64,000 nt of DNA from Camelus ferus (lineage: Eukaryota), in NCBI RefSeq assembly GCF_009834535.1, contig NC_045696.1:14572001-14636000 (forward strand), in the 5' to 3' direction. Shown here piece by piece: positions 1-13,049 of the stretch. The translations under genes and the position numbers were made by a program. Numbering within the stretch: the first letter of the stretch is position 1; the number at the start of each line of letters is the position of its first letter. Under the pieces are notes generated by a model. The model made no database searches. It was not told where the DNA came from and worked only from the letters and a program-made list of their open reading frames with translations.

Positions 1-619
1 GGTAAAATGGAATGGCTAGAAAAGCAGACTTACTGGGAAATTATATTAGAAAGTTAAATGGGAGTTGTGCTATTGAAGGCCATGGATACCAAACTAGGGA
101 TGTTAGCCAGTGATTTTGAAAACAGGGGAAAATGATGTTTTAGATTTCTGACTGCAATAAAATGTGGGTATTCTTTAACCAGAATCTATGAGTGAGTTCC
201 AGAAGTTCAAGAACCTTCTGTAATTGTCTAAAAACATTTGATGTGAGCATTTTCTGAGACAAGTTTCACAGCTTTTATCATTCTCTCGCAAGCACCATGG
301 TGATTCAACTTAAGAATCAGTGTGATCTGTTGGGAGACAATTCTTGAATAAGTTTATGTTTCTCCATGGTTAGAGCTTTATAAGCAGAGAACACTGGCAA
401 ACTGGCAATAGCTGAAGGTTAAATTAAAAGATAATTGGAATAGCAAAAAAGAATAAAAATAAATAAAACCTCCTTGGAAGTTATAGTTACAGGAAATACT
501 TCTGGAGGCTAACAGAGTTTCATCTCTCTGGATGCATTTGCTTATATTTCGGAGTGATAAAGTAAGAACCTTCTCTTCCAGAGAGAATTTGTTTACATTT
601 ATTTATATTCAGAACAAAG

Positions 620-700
620 GTTTCTTTTTCTTTCTTTTCTTTCTTTCCTTGCTCTCTCCTGTTTTCTTTCTCCTTCTTTCTCTCTCTCTGTCTCTCTCTC
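620..700. repeat. Pyrimidine-rich low-complexity / (CT)n tract
   Basis: tttctttttctttc...ctctctctgtctctctctc read directly. Confidence 0.85.
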
Positions 701-934
701 GGCTGAATTGACAGTACCTCCATGTAAATGCCAATTTTCATAATTTTGGGATCCCTCTTTTGTGGCCCCAACCTCACTGCAGAAACAGGGGACTTCTGCC
801 TTTCCCCAAGTCTCCCCAGAGCAGCGTCAGGAACCAGCACAAGCTGCTTTCCAAGAAGTTGATCTTTTTCTCAATCTAGATTTTTGAAATCATATATGTA
901 CATAAAAGTGTAACAGAATTTTTTTGTTGTTGTT

Positions 935-1230
935 GATTCTTTAGGATTTTCTACATAGACACTCAAGTCATCTGCAAAGAAAGACAGTTTATTTCTTTTT
1001 CTCAACCAGTATACCTTGTATTTCCTTTTCTTGTATCATTGAATTAGCCAGGACTTCCAGAATGATGTTGAAAAAAGTAGTGAGAGTTACATCCTTGCTT
1101 TCTTCCTGATCTTAGTGAGGAAGCGTCTAGTGTCTCACAATTAAATACAATGTTAGCTGTCAACGTTTTGCAGAATTCTTCATCAAGTTTAAGAAGTTCC
1201 CCTTTGTTCCTAGTTTACTGAGAAATTTCA
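935..1230 (-). mobile_element. Old L1 (L1M) ORF2 fragment
   Basis: Antisense L1 ORF2 motifs such as gtcatctgcaaa, ttccagaatgatgttgaa, cctgatctta, ttcctagtttactgag. Confidence 0.85.
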
Positions 1231-1306
1231 ATAATATATTGTGGTCTTGGCTAATTCTCCTAATAAAATACTCATCATTTGCGGATTAAATAATTATTAT
1301 ATAAAA

Positions 1307-1478
1307 CTGTAATTTTTAAACTGTGGTCTCCAAACCAGAAGCATCAGCCTGGTCTGGGGATTTACTAGAAATATACCTTCTTGGGATCTATCAGAGACAT
1401 ACTCTATCATTTCACCTATCTATAGTTGAACAAGCCCTCTGGGGATTCTAATGTGTCCTAAAGTTTAAATAACCACTG
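1307..1478. mobile_element. MER5A-like hAT-Charlie DNA transposon remnant
   Basis: aaactgtggtc...agcatcagc...aacaagccctctggggattctaatg...aaagttt...aaccactg resembles MER5A. Confidence 0.75.
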
Positions 1479-1499
1479 ATACAGAAATCTTAACTTTTA

Positions 1500-2330
1500 A
1501 TCAACTTAATAAACTCAAGAAATTTAAACACAATAAAGTGAAGAACTAGCAGAAAAAGTAAGAGAAATCAGCAAAGTGAGCATACGATTACAATTTTATG
1601 AGACTTTTTTATATTAACAATAATTGGTTAGGAAATGAAATACAAAAGTACATTAATGATATAATAATAAAACCTGAAAAATAATCTTTATGAATAAAAA
1701 TATTGAAGTCTTACTGAATGTCAGAAATGTACATATGGTAAAAAAGTTTGCAAATATGAGATAAAATTTTAATTTAAGTAATAAATAAAATACATTTCAA
1801 ATAAATAACTCAAAACATAAATGGGTAAAATATATGAACAAAGTTCATATAAATAGCCAATATACAAAACTGTTCAACCTCAAACATAATTATGGAATTT
1901 AATGCAGTAATAAAGTGTTTTTTATGTATTATATTGACAGTATGAAAGGCTTCCTATCCAGTATTGATCAGGATGTAGAAAAATTCTACACTCTTTACTG
2001 TGGGTTTGTAGATTGTCAAAGTTTTTGGTAGAGGAAAGGGAAATTTGGCATTACTCATTAAGATTAATGCTAAATTTGTTCTTTAGCTCAGTTTTTATAC
2101 CGTAGGATTCTACTCTATAAGTATTTGTACACATATGCAGAAAGATGAAATTACATGTGTTTTCATCAAATAATTCACTGCTAGCAAAATTTATCAGTAA
2201 TTTAAATGATTTCTAAGAGGGAAATAGTACAATAAACGTGTATGTCTGTGTGTATGCAAATGTATAGGAAAGGACTAGAAAAATGACCTCTGATAAATGA
2301 ATTTTATTGACAAAAGGAAGAAGGAGAAAT
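1500..2330 (+). mobile_element. Highly decayed L1ME-like fragments
   Basis: A-rich, with residual L1 ORF2/3' motifs (aaatgggtaaaatatatgaaca, tgttcaacctca, aatttggca). Confidence 0.55.
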
Positions 2331-3495
2331 AGCATAACCAATCTGAGAAAGGGAATGCTTCTGTTCCCAATGTCATTGATCAATTTCAATTCCCTGGTTT
2401 CGGCCATGGGCTTTTGGTCTGGGAAGAGGTACCTGTTTCAGAGATTGAGGTACATGGTTTGAGTGTGTTTGCTGGTATTGGAACAGTAGAAAAAAGTTCT
2501 TCTCATAGATTCAGAGTCACCAGGCAGACATACTCCGATCTCAGCAAGTCACAACCAGAGATGGGATATCCTCATCTTGCAACAAATGCAGAAAAAGTAG
2601 GGAGCCAACTTAAAGTGGGACTCAGCTGTCACTGAAAATGAGGAAGAACAAATATGAATGGATTTGAAATAATATCACTCAGGAGACAGCCTTCATAGTG
2701 AAAGAATGCAGTCTAATTTAGGCAGATGACAGAACCATTTTGATCGGAAAAGTCCTCACTCTTCTGATTCCTGTGTTCACAAGATTTATTGACAGATTCC
2801 TTTAAAGATTTCACATATGTGGTTATTAAAACCAGACAAGAAGAAAGTCAACCATGTAATAGCAATGAATAATTGCTATTTTTTATTTAAAATAATTTTA
2901 AGAATCATTATAACTAAATTTATTAATTTAGAACATGTTAACATATATAGCTACTGAATTTAGAAATAGATGTCACAAATTTCTAACATGACATTTATTG
3001 ACAGAAAAAGAACAGAGCTTCTTGTTCTTAAAGAAATCCAAACTTTAGAATCATTTAGAGACATCAGTTACTCTAGCATGAAACCAGCAAAGTTAGATTA
3101 ATCAGTAATACGTTTGGCTATAAGGGACTTTGCTAAACCCACCAAACTGGTACTGAAAATAATTTAAAATTTGTCATCGCTAACATGCCTCCAAGCTATT
3201 TGCAATGGAAAGTTAGATTCTTCTGACAGCTTACAGTGTCCGCTACTCATGTTAGGTTTCTATTATTCATTGTTTGTTTTTCAATTATTATTAAACACAT
3301 ATTGTTTAAATAGCATTCTAGTACACATACAGTGTCTGCTATCCACAGTATTAATACTGAGTTGGAAAGACAAGACTGTTTACATGGATTGACTGACATC
3401 ACCAGGAAACTTATTACTGAGTGACAATTCCTTAGAAAACATGGAGGGTTATGCGTATGGGAGTTACTGATTATATCATTTAATTTTTTTTAATT

Positions 3496-3581
3496 TTATC
3501 ATATTTTTGGAGGAGGATTGAGCCCAAGACCTCATGCACACTAAGCATGCACTCTACCCCTTGAGCTATACTCTCCCTCCA
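3496..3581 (-). mobile_element. tRNA-Ala-derived SINE (Vic-1-like), shortened 3' part
   Basis: Reverse complement reads ggagggagagtatagctcaaggggtagagtgcatgcttagtgtgcatgaggtcttgggctcaatcc; flanked by taat(t)n-aatt repeats at about 3481 and 3582. Confidence 0.85.
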
Positions 3582-3797
3582 TAATTTTTTTAATTGTTCT
3601 CTACCTAACTGGTTTTAATATTCTCAACAATGAATCTGGAAGTTTGAGCTGTGGAATTCAGAAGCATCTTGATCCTGGGAAATTGTCAGGGGGTGGGATA
3701 AAGGCAGTACTAGTTTGTCTTGGCTAATAGATTATAAATTTATAAAGAGAGAAGCTCTTTTATATAAACTTGTTCTCTTACAGTAATTATTATACAC

Positions 3798-6021
3798 TTT
3801 TTAGAAATAGCTTTACTGAGATATAACTCACACGACATAGAATTCACATAAAGTACACTATTCACCGATTTTCTGTATAGTCACTGAGTTACACAATCAT
3901 CACCAAATCAATTCTGGAGTATTTTCATCAATCCCAAAGAAATCTATACCCTTAAAGGGTGACCCTTCTTTTCTTCATTCCCACTAGTCCTATGAAACCA
4001 CTAACATATTTTGCCTCTTTAGATTTGCCTATTCTGGACATTTCATACAAATGGGTCATACAACATATAGTCTTTCCTGACTGACTTCCTTCATTCAAAG
4101 TAATGTTTTCAAGGTTGATGTTGTAACATGTATCAGTACTCTGTTACTTTTTATTGCCAACTAATACTCCACTGAATGAATATACCACATTTTGTTTACT
4201 CAGTCATTAGTTGATAGAGATTTGGATCCTTTCTAATTTTGGGTTGCTATGAATAATGTGATCACAAATATTTATGTACAAATATTTTTGTGGGTGTCTA
4301 TTGTCATTGCTCTCAAGGATGTACCTAAGTGTGGAATTGCTGGATCACACAGTAACTGTGTTTAAACTTTTGTGGAACTGCCAGACGATTTTCCAAAGTG
4401 GCTGCACTATTTCACATGTTCACCAGAAGTATAAAACGTTCCAATTTGTCCAGATCCTTGCAGAACTTACTATTGTCTTTTTAAATTATAACCATCCTAA
4501 TAGGTGCAAAATGGTATCTCATTGTAATTTTGATTTGCATTTTCTTGATGGTTAATAATGTCAAGGTCCTTCTTATTTGCCTAGTGACTATTTGCATATA
4601 TGTGCATATTTGCATATCTTCTTTGGAAAAATGTCTATTTAGATCCTTTTCCTATTTTTAATTGGGTTATTTGAGTCCTTATTATTGAGTTCTAAGATTA
4701 TTTACATGTTATTGATAAAAGTCCCTTATCAGGTATTTGATTTGTAAATGTTTTCTCTTATCTATGAGCTAACTTTATACTTTCTTCTTAGTGCATTTGA
4801 AATGCATAATTTTTAATTTTGAGGAAATCCAATTAATCTATTGTTTTCTTTTTCTTCATATATATTTTTATTGAAGTATAGTCCAATGTTGTGTCAATTT
4901 CTGGTGTACAGCACAATGCTTCAGTCATATATGAACGTATATATATTTGTTTTCATACTCTTTTTCACCATAAGTTACTACAAGATAGTGAATATAGTTC
5001 CCTGTACTATATACAGTGTAAACTTGTTGTTTACCCATTTTATATATAGTAGTTAATGTCTGCATATCTCCAACTCCCAGTCTATTGTTTTCTTTGTTGT
5101 TTATGCTTTTGGTGTCATATCTAAGAAGGCATTGCCTAATCCAAAATCACAAAGATTTACACCTAGATTCTCTTTTAAGAATTATTTTATTAGCTGTTAT
5201 ATTTAGGTCTTTGATCCATTTAGGGGTAATTTTTGTGTATGGTGTGTCGTAGCTGTCCAACTTTATTCTTTTAGCACGTGGATTCTTAATTGTTCCAGAA
5301 TCATTGACTGAAAAGTGCATTCTTCCTCCAGTTATTTGTTTTGACATCTTTATCAAAAGTCAATTGACCATCAATGTGAGGATTTACTTCTGGACTCTCA
5401 AATCTATCCCATTATGTCAGCGCTACACTGTCTTTATCACTGTGCTTTTGTAGTAAGTTTTGAAATCAGGAGTCCTCCAGGTAAGTCCTACAAATTTTGT
5501 CTTCTTTTTCAAGATTGTTTCAGTTCTTCTGAATTCCTTGAATTTCCAAATAAATTTTAGGCTCAATTTGTCAGTTACTGCAGATAGTCCACCTGGGATT
5601 TTAATAGGGTTAAAATCTCTCAATATGTAAATATATTTGGAAAGTATCACCATCTTAATGATATCAACATCTTATCTGTGGTTATGAGTCATCTCTACAT
5701 TTTTTGGGGGTCTTCCATAGTTTCCTTCCACTTTAGTTGTTTTTAGAATACACATTTTGCAGTTCTTTTATTAAATTTATTCTTAAGTATTTTGATTTTT
5801 AAGTCTATAATAAATGTAATTATTTTCTTAAATTCATTTTTGAATTGTTCAAGTGTATGTACATACGATTGATTTTTCTATATTAATCTTGCATCCAACA
5901 GTCTTGGTGAACTCATTTCTCAATTATAATAGTTTTTAGTGGATCATTTAGTATTTTCTTCATATAAGATTTTATCTTCTGCAAATAGAGAAAATTATGC
6001 TTCTTTCTTTCCATTCTGGAT
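3798..6021 (-). mobile_element. Old 5'-truncated L1 (L1MA/L1MB-like), 3' UTR plus end of ORF2
   Basis: Antisense L1 3' end at about 3800; ORFs 5147-5356 (KLDSYDTPYTKITPKWIKDLN) and 5423-5653 (LKFIWK...PDFKTYYKSTVIKTV) are L1 ORF2p remnants. Confidence 0.92.
4852..5080 (-). mobile_element. Young L1 3'-end insertion nested in older L1
   Basis: ttattgaagtatag...gaatatagttccctgt L1 3' UTR; perfect 15-bp TSD tctattgttttcttt at 4837-4851 and 5081-5095. Confidence 0.92.
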
Positions 6022-6129
6022 GGAGTACAGTGAGTTGGGAGCATTTCTTCCCCTGCCTTTCATCTATCTACTGGGTCCACTTATTGGTTGTCTCCGTCCT
6101 CTGAATGTCACAGCTCACGTCAGGAAGCT

Positions 6130-6310
6130 CTCACCTGTGCCTGTTTCCTATGGGTGCCAGTTGTCAGCTATCCTCTTTTTTCCTTTAGGCCCATAAGTGG
6201 TGATGGCTTCTTCCTATTCCTAGCCTTAAGGAAACACATCAATGGTTGTTCATTTCTAACCTTGCCCATATGACTTTTCTTTCCTTGCAATTTTCTTCTG
6301 AATTATTTTA
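6130..6310 (+). mobile_element. LTR33-like ERVL LTR fragment
   Basis: ttaggcccataagtggtgatggcttcttcctattcctagcc...taaccttgcccata resembles the LTR33 3' part. Confidence 0.55.
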
Positions 6311-8029
6311 ATGTATTAAAATGTGTAAGAATTTAGAACATAGTATAAAATAATAAAGTAATTTACATCATTTGATATTATACTACTGCTTTCAATGCTA
6401 AATATCTGAGGTCCTAAGTCCTAAACTATTGCTAAGATACCTTTCTTTCAGGATTCAGAAAGCACAATCAAACTATATGTAACATTTCTGAATTGTACTG
6501 GGAATCATTATTTTGAGTAATTTTTTTCAGCATTCATATAGTTAAGAATTCGGAGTCTATTAAAGCATCTTTGAGTAATTCTGCATTCATCTTTCAATAG
6601 CTGGTTATATGTATAAGTCAAATACTACTGTATTTGACTTTGGAGTAATAACAAATTGTTTTTGAAAATTACATATTAGCTGTAATTTAAATGTGACTTA
6701 AGTTTAGCTGAGAGAAGAAAATGCTGGGCGTGAGTAACTACCAATGAGTGAAACGTCAAAGCAGTTCATATTGGAGTATTACTTCTGCTTGAAAATCCTC
6801 AATATAGCAGCCAATTTTACAATAGCTGTGTTGAAAGTCATCCTAACTTTTAAAGAAAATCAAGTGTAGAACAATTATCCTTTCCTTATCATTGTATTTA
6901 GTGTCTCAGACATACGACAGTTACTGAGTAAGACAGATTTTGCAAAAAAAAAAAAAAAAAAAAGTCATTGGAGAGCAACCCCTTAGGAAGAAGAATTATA
7001 GATTGCAATTTGAAAATATTGTGCTTACATTTCAATGGCAGTATTTTCCACTTGTATTTAAAAGTCTAAGAATATTGGATATTAAAGAGAAAGCACTTGA
7101 GAATATATAGAATTTTGCTTTTGAAAAGTATCCAAATTTTGTTCGAGTCTTAAACCCAGCATGAAGATACTTTTCCATATAAGGTAAATATACTCTCTTC
7201 TTCTCTTGCTGCACAGCTATTACATGTAAGAAACCCAGGCCCTCTAGCCCTTGTCTGCTTCATGGAATTTACTATATTTTTCCATTATTCAACTAATAGA
7301 CAGTTTCATTCCCTCTTCCCCACATCCTCCCTATAATTCAGCTTACAGAGATGTGTTGCTGGCCTGGGGAACGTTATCCTTCAACCTCTGCAGAGCTTGT
7401 ACAGGACTCTGTATTCCTATTGCTTTGATCTTCCCAAGCTAAAAGAATGCAAATGTCGTTATTGGGGATCTCTTCAGAAAGATTCTAAATCAGGGGTAAT
7501 TCCATCTCTTTGCATGAAGAATGATCATCTACAGAAGCCAGGAAGGTGAGGAGAACACATAAAACCCATGCATGTTTATCATAAGAAGGTTGCAGGATCT
7601 GAACACCCTATGAATTCATGGCTGGGGATGATGATAATGAATATAGAACACCTTATAGCTTCCAAAATATGTTTCAAATACACAATTTTATATAAAATCC
7701 ACACTCACCTTTTAAGGAACAAAGCTATACTTGCAAAACTTATCCCCAAACACACACACCCTCACTCTCATCATTCTAAAAGCAATTTCTAGATGATTGA
7801 TTCAAATTTGCCAAAGGATGATCTAAAACCTATCCTTCTGCTATTAGTGCTTCATGCATTATATAAGACAAAGAAAGAAAGACAGTGAGAGCTTGTTCTG
7901 AGGGAGTATCATTGTGCCTGGCATTCCATTCATCCATCACCGTCCATAGGGAATGGAAAAAGACATTCCTCTTTCAGCCTGTCAAATAACAAGCAGGATT
8001 TCAGGAAAACAAAACACAACATAACACAA

Positions 8030-8700
8030 AACTCTGAGAACTCAGTTTGGCCCCTGGACTTCAGGAGACACTGGAAGTGTTACAGCTTACAAGGATAAAG
8101 AGAAGTATATTTTTATGATAAAGCGAAAGAATGGATTTCCCAAGTATCAGATGCAAGAACATGCTGGGCTTGAGTTATTGCAAAAGAGATCATGATCAGG
8201 ACAACCATGAAGAGAGGAAATGTGTCTCCAACAAGAAGTACCTACTTTATAGTAGTTGAAAGATCTCAGAAAGGATCTCTGAGGGACCTTCAGAACATCC
8301 CGTTGGAGAACAAGTCCACTTTCAGTATCAACCGAGCCCAACGCCACTAGAGAGCACTAACACCATGTTGCAATTGTGCCTTAACGAACCATAAGCCTAT
8401 GTTCATTTCTTCCATATCATCTCACCTTGGCCCTATCAAGCAGTCTAGGCAGCAGAGGACAAGGTCAGGTAAGGAGAAGGAAACGTAGCCATTGGACTCT
8501 CTCCTTACACTGCAGGCTCCCAGGGCTATAGGCTCAAGTTAGGGGGGGACAAGAAACATTCACTAGACAGCTGTTTGAAATTTAGATTGCTACACTGGAA
8601 TGGACTATAGTTATTGGGTGGGTTGGATCTTTCTTTATAACAAATCATAGGTCTTAATCACTAATCATAATTGTCAGCAGTGATATATTCTGCTGGAGGT
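8030..8700. mobile_element. Possible ancient LTR remnant, family uncertain
   Basis: Purine-rich, relatively GC-rich segment with only a general resemblance to old LTRs. Confidence 0.3.
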
Positions 8701-10547
8701 TTTGTTTAGTAAACTTTTATTTAAGACAGAGTGGAAAGAATAAAACTGGTTTCTCCTACATACTAAGAAATCCAGAACGTTTTACTTGTATTTATAGAAA
8801 TATTACTTTTACATCCAAGCATTCAGACAGACTCGCATGAACTTCCTTCTCACCGTATAAGATACCTATGTCTTTTGGCATTTACAAATGTTAGAAGCAG
8901 CAATGTCTTCTTTTTCTTCATCAAATTTTGATGGCCTTGTCAGTTTAACCCAAATCAACTGATCTATGCCAGATACACCAATATAAGTGTTAGCTCAGCC
9001 TGGTATGTTGCAGCCAGATGATTCTACAAGTCAAACACAGTGAGAGATGGGTATCTAATAAAATGTGGAACTTTTCTTTGAAACCCTATTTTGGGTAACT
9101 TCAAAAGTAAATGTTACTAAAAATGTAAGAGATTTAAATTTGTGTTATATGTAGTATATTTTAAAATTAAAACTTCATTGTAAATAGAGAAAGGGAAGCA
9201 GATATCAAAAACCTGTCCATGAAAAGGCATTTTATATGTTAGCAAGAGATGAACACGTTTTAATAAAGAAGGTACTGAATATACCTAAAGTATTTAATCT
9301 AATTTATACGTTACAGTTTGTTTTCAAAGTCAAGAAGCTCAAACTACTGATTTCATCTCCAGCAGGGGAGGTACTGGATATTCACAAATCTGGTCCTTGT
9401 TATTTAAGAGAAGAAAAAAACAGAAGAAAGACAATATCAGAAATGAACAGGGCAAGGCAGCTAAAAAGACAAGCAGTACAGAGATTCAGTATTTTAGTAT
9501 TATGATTCAATTCAGAATTGAAATGCTATTACTTGTTCCTTTTAAGTCTGTTAGTCCCATAAAAGCAAACATACTCACTCATTTTCAGCTTATCAATCAG
9601 AAATATTTATTGAGAAACCATCGTCAGCCAGGCATTCTAGTCAGGCTCTAATTCTTTCACTATTTGAAATGAGGTTTAACTAGAAAGTTTACATGGAGTT
9701 AAAAAATGACCAAATATTTTAAATGACTCAAACTGAATAAGCTTTTGTTTAGTTCAGGTCTGTTAAATATCACGGTGGAGATGCCAGTCTTGCATAAAGT
9801 CAGCACTTAAATCAGTCAGCTATCTCACACAGATAAATAACACAAAGGCAAAGATAACATTTTAAACGAAATGGTCCTGAGAAGGTGAAGGCTGAGCTTT
9901 CTGGAAGCAGATCTATAAAAACACACAGACACACACACTCCCCTGTCTCTCTCTGTATACGTCCTTCCATCTATCTCTCTCTGTCTGTCTCTCATGTGCG
10001 TTCATGTGTGGCACCCTGCCCCCTACTACTCAGGAAATCATTTCTTCAACTAACAATACACACATTTGGGGAAAATAAATGTGGAGGAAGTTAAGGGAGT
10101 CAGTTTCAGCGGTAGCAAAGAAAAAAAAAATGCTTATACTACTTGGCTCTTCTTAAATAGGATACTTGGGTTAGAAACAAAGATCATGCTGGAAAAGGAG
10201 TTTAATTATCACCAACCTTCTCAAAGCAAGACACAAAACAACCACTGTGAGATTCCAGGTCCATCAGCAATCTCTCGTACAGTTCACTCATCGCAAGGCC
10301 CCAGGATTTAAGTAGCACTCAGCCTCTCCCACTTCAAAGACCACAGGAAAACCCACCTCTTCAACAAAAGTCTCCTTTGAACCTATGTGGAGTGTTTTTT
10401 TTTTTTTCCCTTTATTCTTCATCCTGGAAGTTAATTCTAGGGTTTGCTGATCCAATAATCTTGAACAATAGACCCTGCAAGCCTAAACACTTACTGGCTG
10501 ACCTTCTCTCATTTAAAATAAAATAATGAACTACAGAAATGATCTCT

Positions 10548-10907
10548 GATGATATCACTGATATGTAGAATCTAAAAAAAAAAAAAAAAAAAATGACACA
10601 AACTCATTTATAAAACAGAAGCAAACTCACAGATGTAGAAAACAAACTTACAGTTACCAAGGGAGAAAGTGGGTGTGAAAGGATAAATTAGGAGTCCAAG
10701 ATTTGCAGATACTAACTACCATGTATAAAATTGATAAACAACAGGGACCTACTGTATAGCACAGGGAAGTTTATTCAAGATCTTGTAGTAACCTATAATG
10801 AAAAAGAATATGAAAAAGAATATGCGTATCTGTATGTATGACTGAAACGTTATGCTGTTCACCAGTAACCGATGCAACATTGTAAACTGATTAGACTTCA
10901 GTAAAAT
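10548..10907 (+). mobile_element. Young L1 3' UTR fragment
   Basis: atgatatcact..tagaatctaaaa, agaaaacaaacttacagttaccaaggg, ctactgtatagcacaggga, acattgtaaactga..acttca. Confidence 0.92.
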
Positions 10908-11146
10908 AGAGAAACTTATTGTGAAGTAAGTTATGTCTTAGGTGTTGATTTTTATAAAAGCCTATGATTCGCGAGCTGTACCTGTTTACTTTGGTTCATG
11001 TTGTGGCCAAAAAAGTACCTTGCAGTAATAGAAAAATGAAAAAACAGTATGTGTTAGTATTTGCTGGGTTTCAAGGACTTGCGCTCCAACCGCATGATAT
11101 GTGTTCTAAGAGTCCACGGCATGTGCCTTTTAAGTAGATTACCATA

Positions 11147-11288
11147 GGGGAGGGTGTAGCTCAGTGGTAGAGCGTGTGCTTAGCATGCACAAGGTCCTGG
11201 GTTCAATCCCCAGTACCTTCATTAAAAAAATAAATAAATAAACCTCATCACCAACCCCCTCCAAAAAAAAAAAAAAAAAAAAAAAAGA
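11147..11288 (+). mobile_element. tRNA-Ala-derived SINE (Vic-1-like), full length with tRNA-like head at 11150-11221
   Basis: A box tagctcagtgg, B box ggttcaatcc, taaa repeats, A24 tail; imperfect TSD agattacca/agattgcca. Confidence 0.95.
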
Positions 11289-11439
11289 AAGAGATTGCCA
11301 GTAAAATATTTATGATCACTTTTCAAACTCTCTTGTCCATGTCTTGGTGTCAGGTAGATAATATTTATTTATCCCTGCTTATTTTTCTCAGGAAATATCA
11401 TTTGCTTTGAAGACTCTTTTTTCATTTATGTGCAATTAA

Positions 11440-11620
11440 AAGGGCTGATGATTCATCGTATACAGGCACTGTGTTCATCTTCACCAAATGAAATAGAGGC
11501 TGAGTTTTACTCTGTTGTACACATGACGAAAGTAAAATGCAGAGCTGTTAGGCAGCTTCCCAAGGTCCCACTGCAGGGAAGCAGGGAAGCCAGGGTCCTT
11601 GCTCAACTGCTTATTGTCTT
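11440..11620 (-). mobile_element. MIR
   Basis: caggcactgtg...gttaggcagcttcccaaggtcccactgc MIR core. Confidence 0.6.
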
Positions 11621-12702
11621 AGCAATTTTGCCGTCTGCTGTCCACCTATCAGCAAACTCATCCTCCGCTAAGAGCCTTTTTCTGACCTCTTGAACTCCAA
11701 ATCCTTTTCTGCAACCCTGAAGCTCTGACTGTGTCACGTGTTAGAAACAGATCATGTACCAGTTTCCACTGTTGGTTTTCTAGGTGGAATATGAGCTTGT
11801 AGCGGGCAGATCCCAAGTCTTGTAACATCAAAGATCTGGAGCTAATGTCATTCCTGTGACCCAAAGCCTAGGACCCAAACTGGTGTACATGAGAGATTTT
11901 TAAAATATAATTTTGAATAACACAGTCATAGATTATAATATCATTACTTTGTGATTAGTGCTTGCGTATTTACAGAGTGCTCATTGTCACACCGTGTGTG
12001 AGGAAGAAAACTGAAAGGGTTTATTTATTTTGCATCTGATAATGGTTCCTCAGTCATATCTGCCAAGAGCAGGCCCTGATTACAGGTAAGTGAGAATGTT
12101 TCCTCAGCCCCAGGGACCACAGATCGCTGAACGCAGAGGCAGATTCTGTTTCCTTGATATGTATAATGAGAAACAGTAATAATTCAGAAAAGCCTTTTTT
12201 AAAAAAAGTTAGAAGTAAAGGAGCTCTGTATCACTCTTCCTTTGATGTCAGGAAAAAAGACTCTAAGATAAGTTTTTTCCCCTCCGCCTCTGGCATGAAT
12301 TATAATTTCTTCAAAATTTCCAATTCCAACCACTAGATGTCATGCAGAGACCACTAAGTAGAATATCTTGGACCTTTTCCGCATTACTCATTTCCAATTT
12401 TGTAAGCTGCGATATTTAAGGTGGTCTGGGAAAATTTTAGGCACCAGACATTAAATATGCAGGTCAGTGCAGTTTCTCTCACTGGATGATGCACGAACTG
12501 TATGTCAAAATCACACAGAATGAAAAAAGCGGTCCCACTCACTGCAATGCATTCTTTCAGGAACCTGGAAAATTAATGAAATGGGTTCATGCGAAAGATT
12601 CCATAGCCTTCTTCAAGTCATGTACTTTACCCTGGTAGGGGAAACCTGGAATTCAAACAACTGGAAAGAAAACATCATATACTAGAAAAAAAAAAAAAAA
12701 TC

Positions 12703-12920
12703 AAAGGATTTGGACTCAGGAAACACTTGGATTAAATACTAGCTTGGCAAAGTGCTAATTGAGTGAATCTGGTACAATACTTAACTTCTATGAGTATCTG
12801 TTTTCTGGTCTGTAGTGTGAAAATAGTACATAACAAGCAATGACCGTGAAGATTTAATAAAATACTATATATCTATCATTCAGAAGAGTTCTTGGCATAT
12901 ATTGTTAGAGCTCAATACAT
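12703..12920 (+). mobile_element. MIR
   Basis: acttaacttctatgagtatctgttttctggtctgta...gtgaagattta...ttggcatat...ctcaata. Confidence 0.7.
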
Positions 12921-13049
12921 CTTACCAATAGTTTAGATTTAGTGTCATCTTCAAAAATTAAAGCATGATATTAAAATGTTATAATAGAATTATAACATCT
13001 AATGGAAAAACTATAATTTAGAAGAGGAGAGGTAAGGACGGTTCACAGA

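Noticed and set aside
520..840. 106-aa charged ORF
   Set aside because: R/E/K richness comes from translating the CT/AG low-complexity tract
5147..5653. Two minus-strand ORFs
   Set aside because: Frameshifted L1 ORF2 remnants
6943..6963. Isolated poly(A) run as a body-less retro-insertion
   Set aside because: No TSD or element body visible; slippage explains it, as for runs near 24485 and 34494
11150..11221. Ordinary tRNA-Ala gene
   Set aside because: Embedded in a SINE with family 3' region, poly(A) tail and TSD; kept as a mobile element and flagged as a finding
12976..12998. 10-bp inverted repeat atgttataat-aga-attataacat
   Set aside because: Short and AT-rich, plausible by chance, too small for a miRNA hairpin
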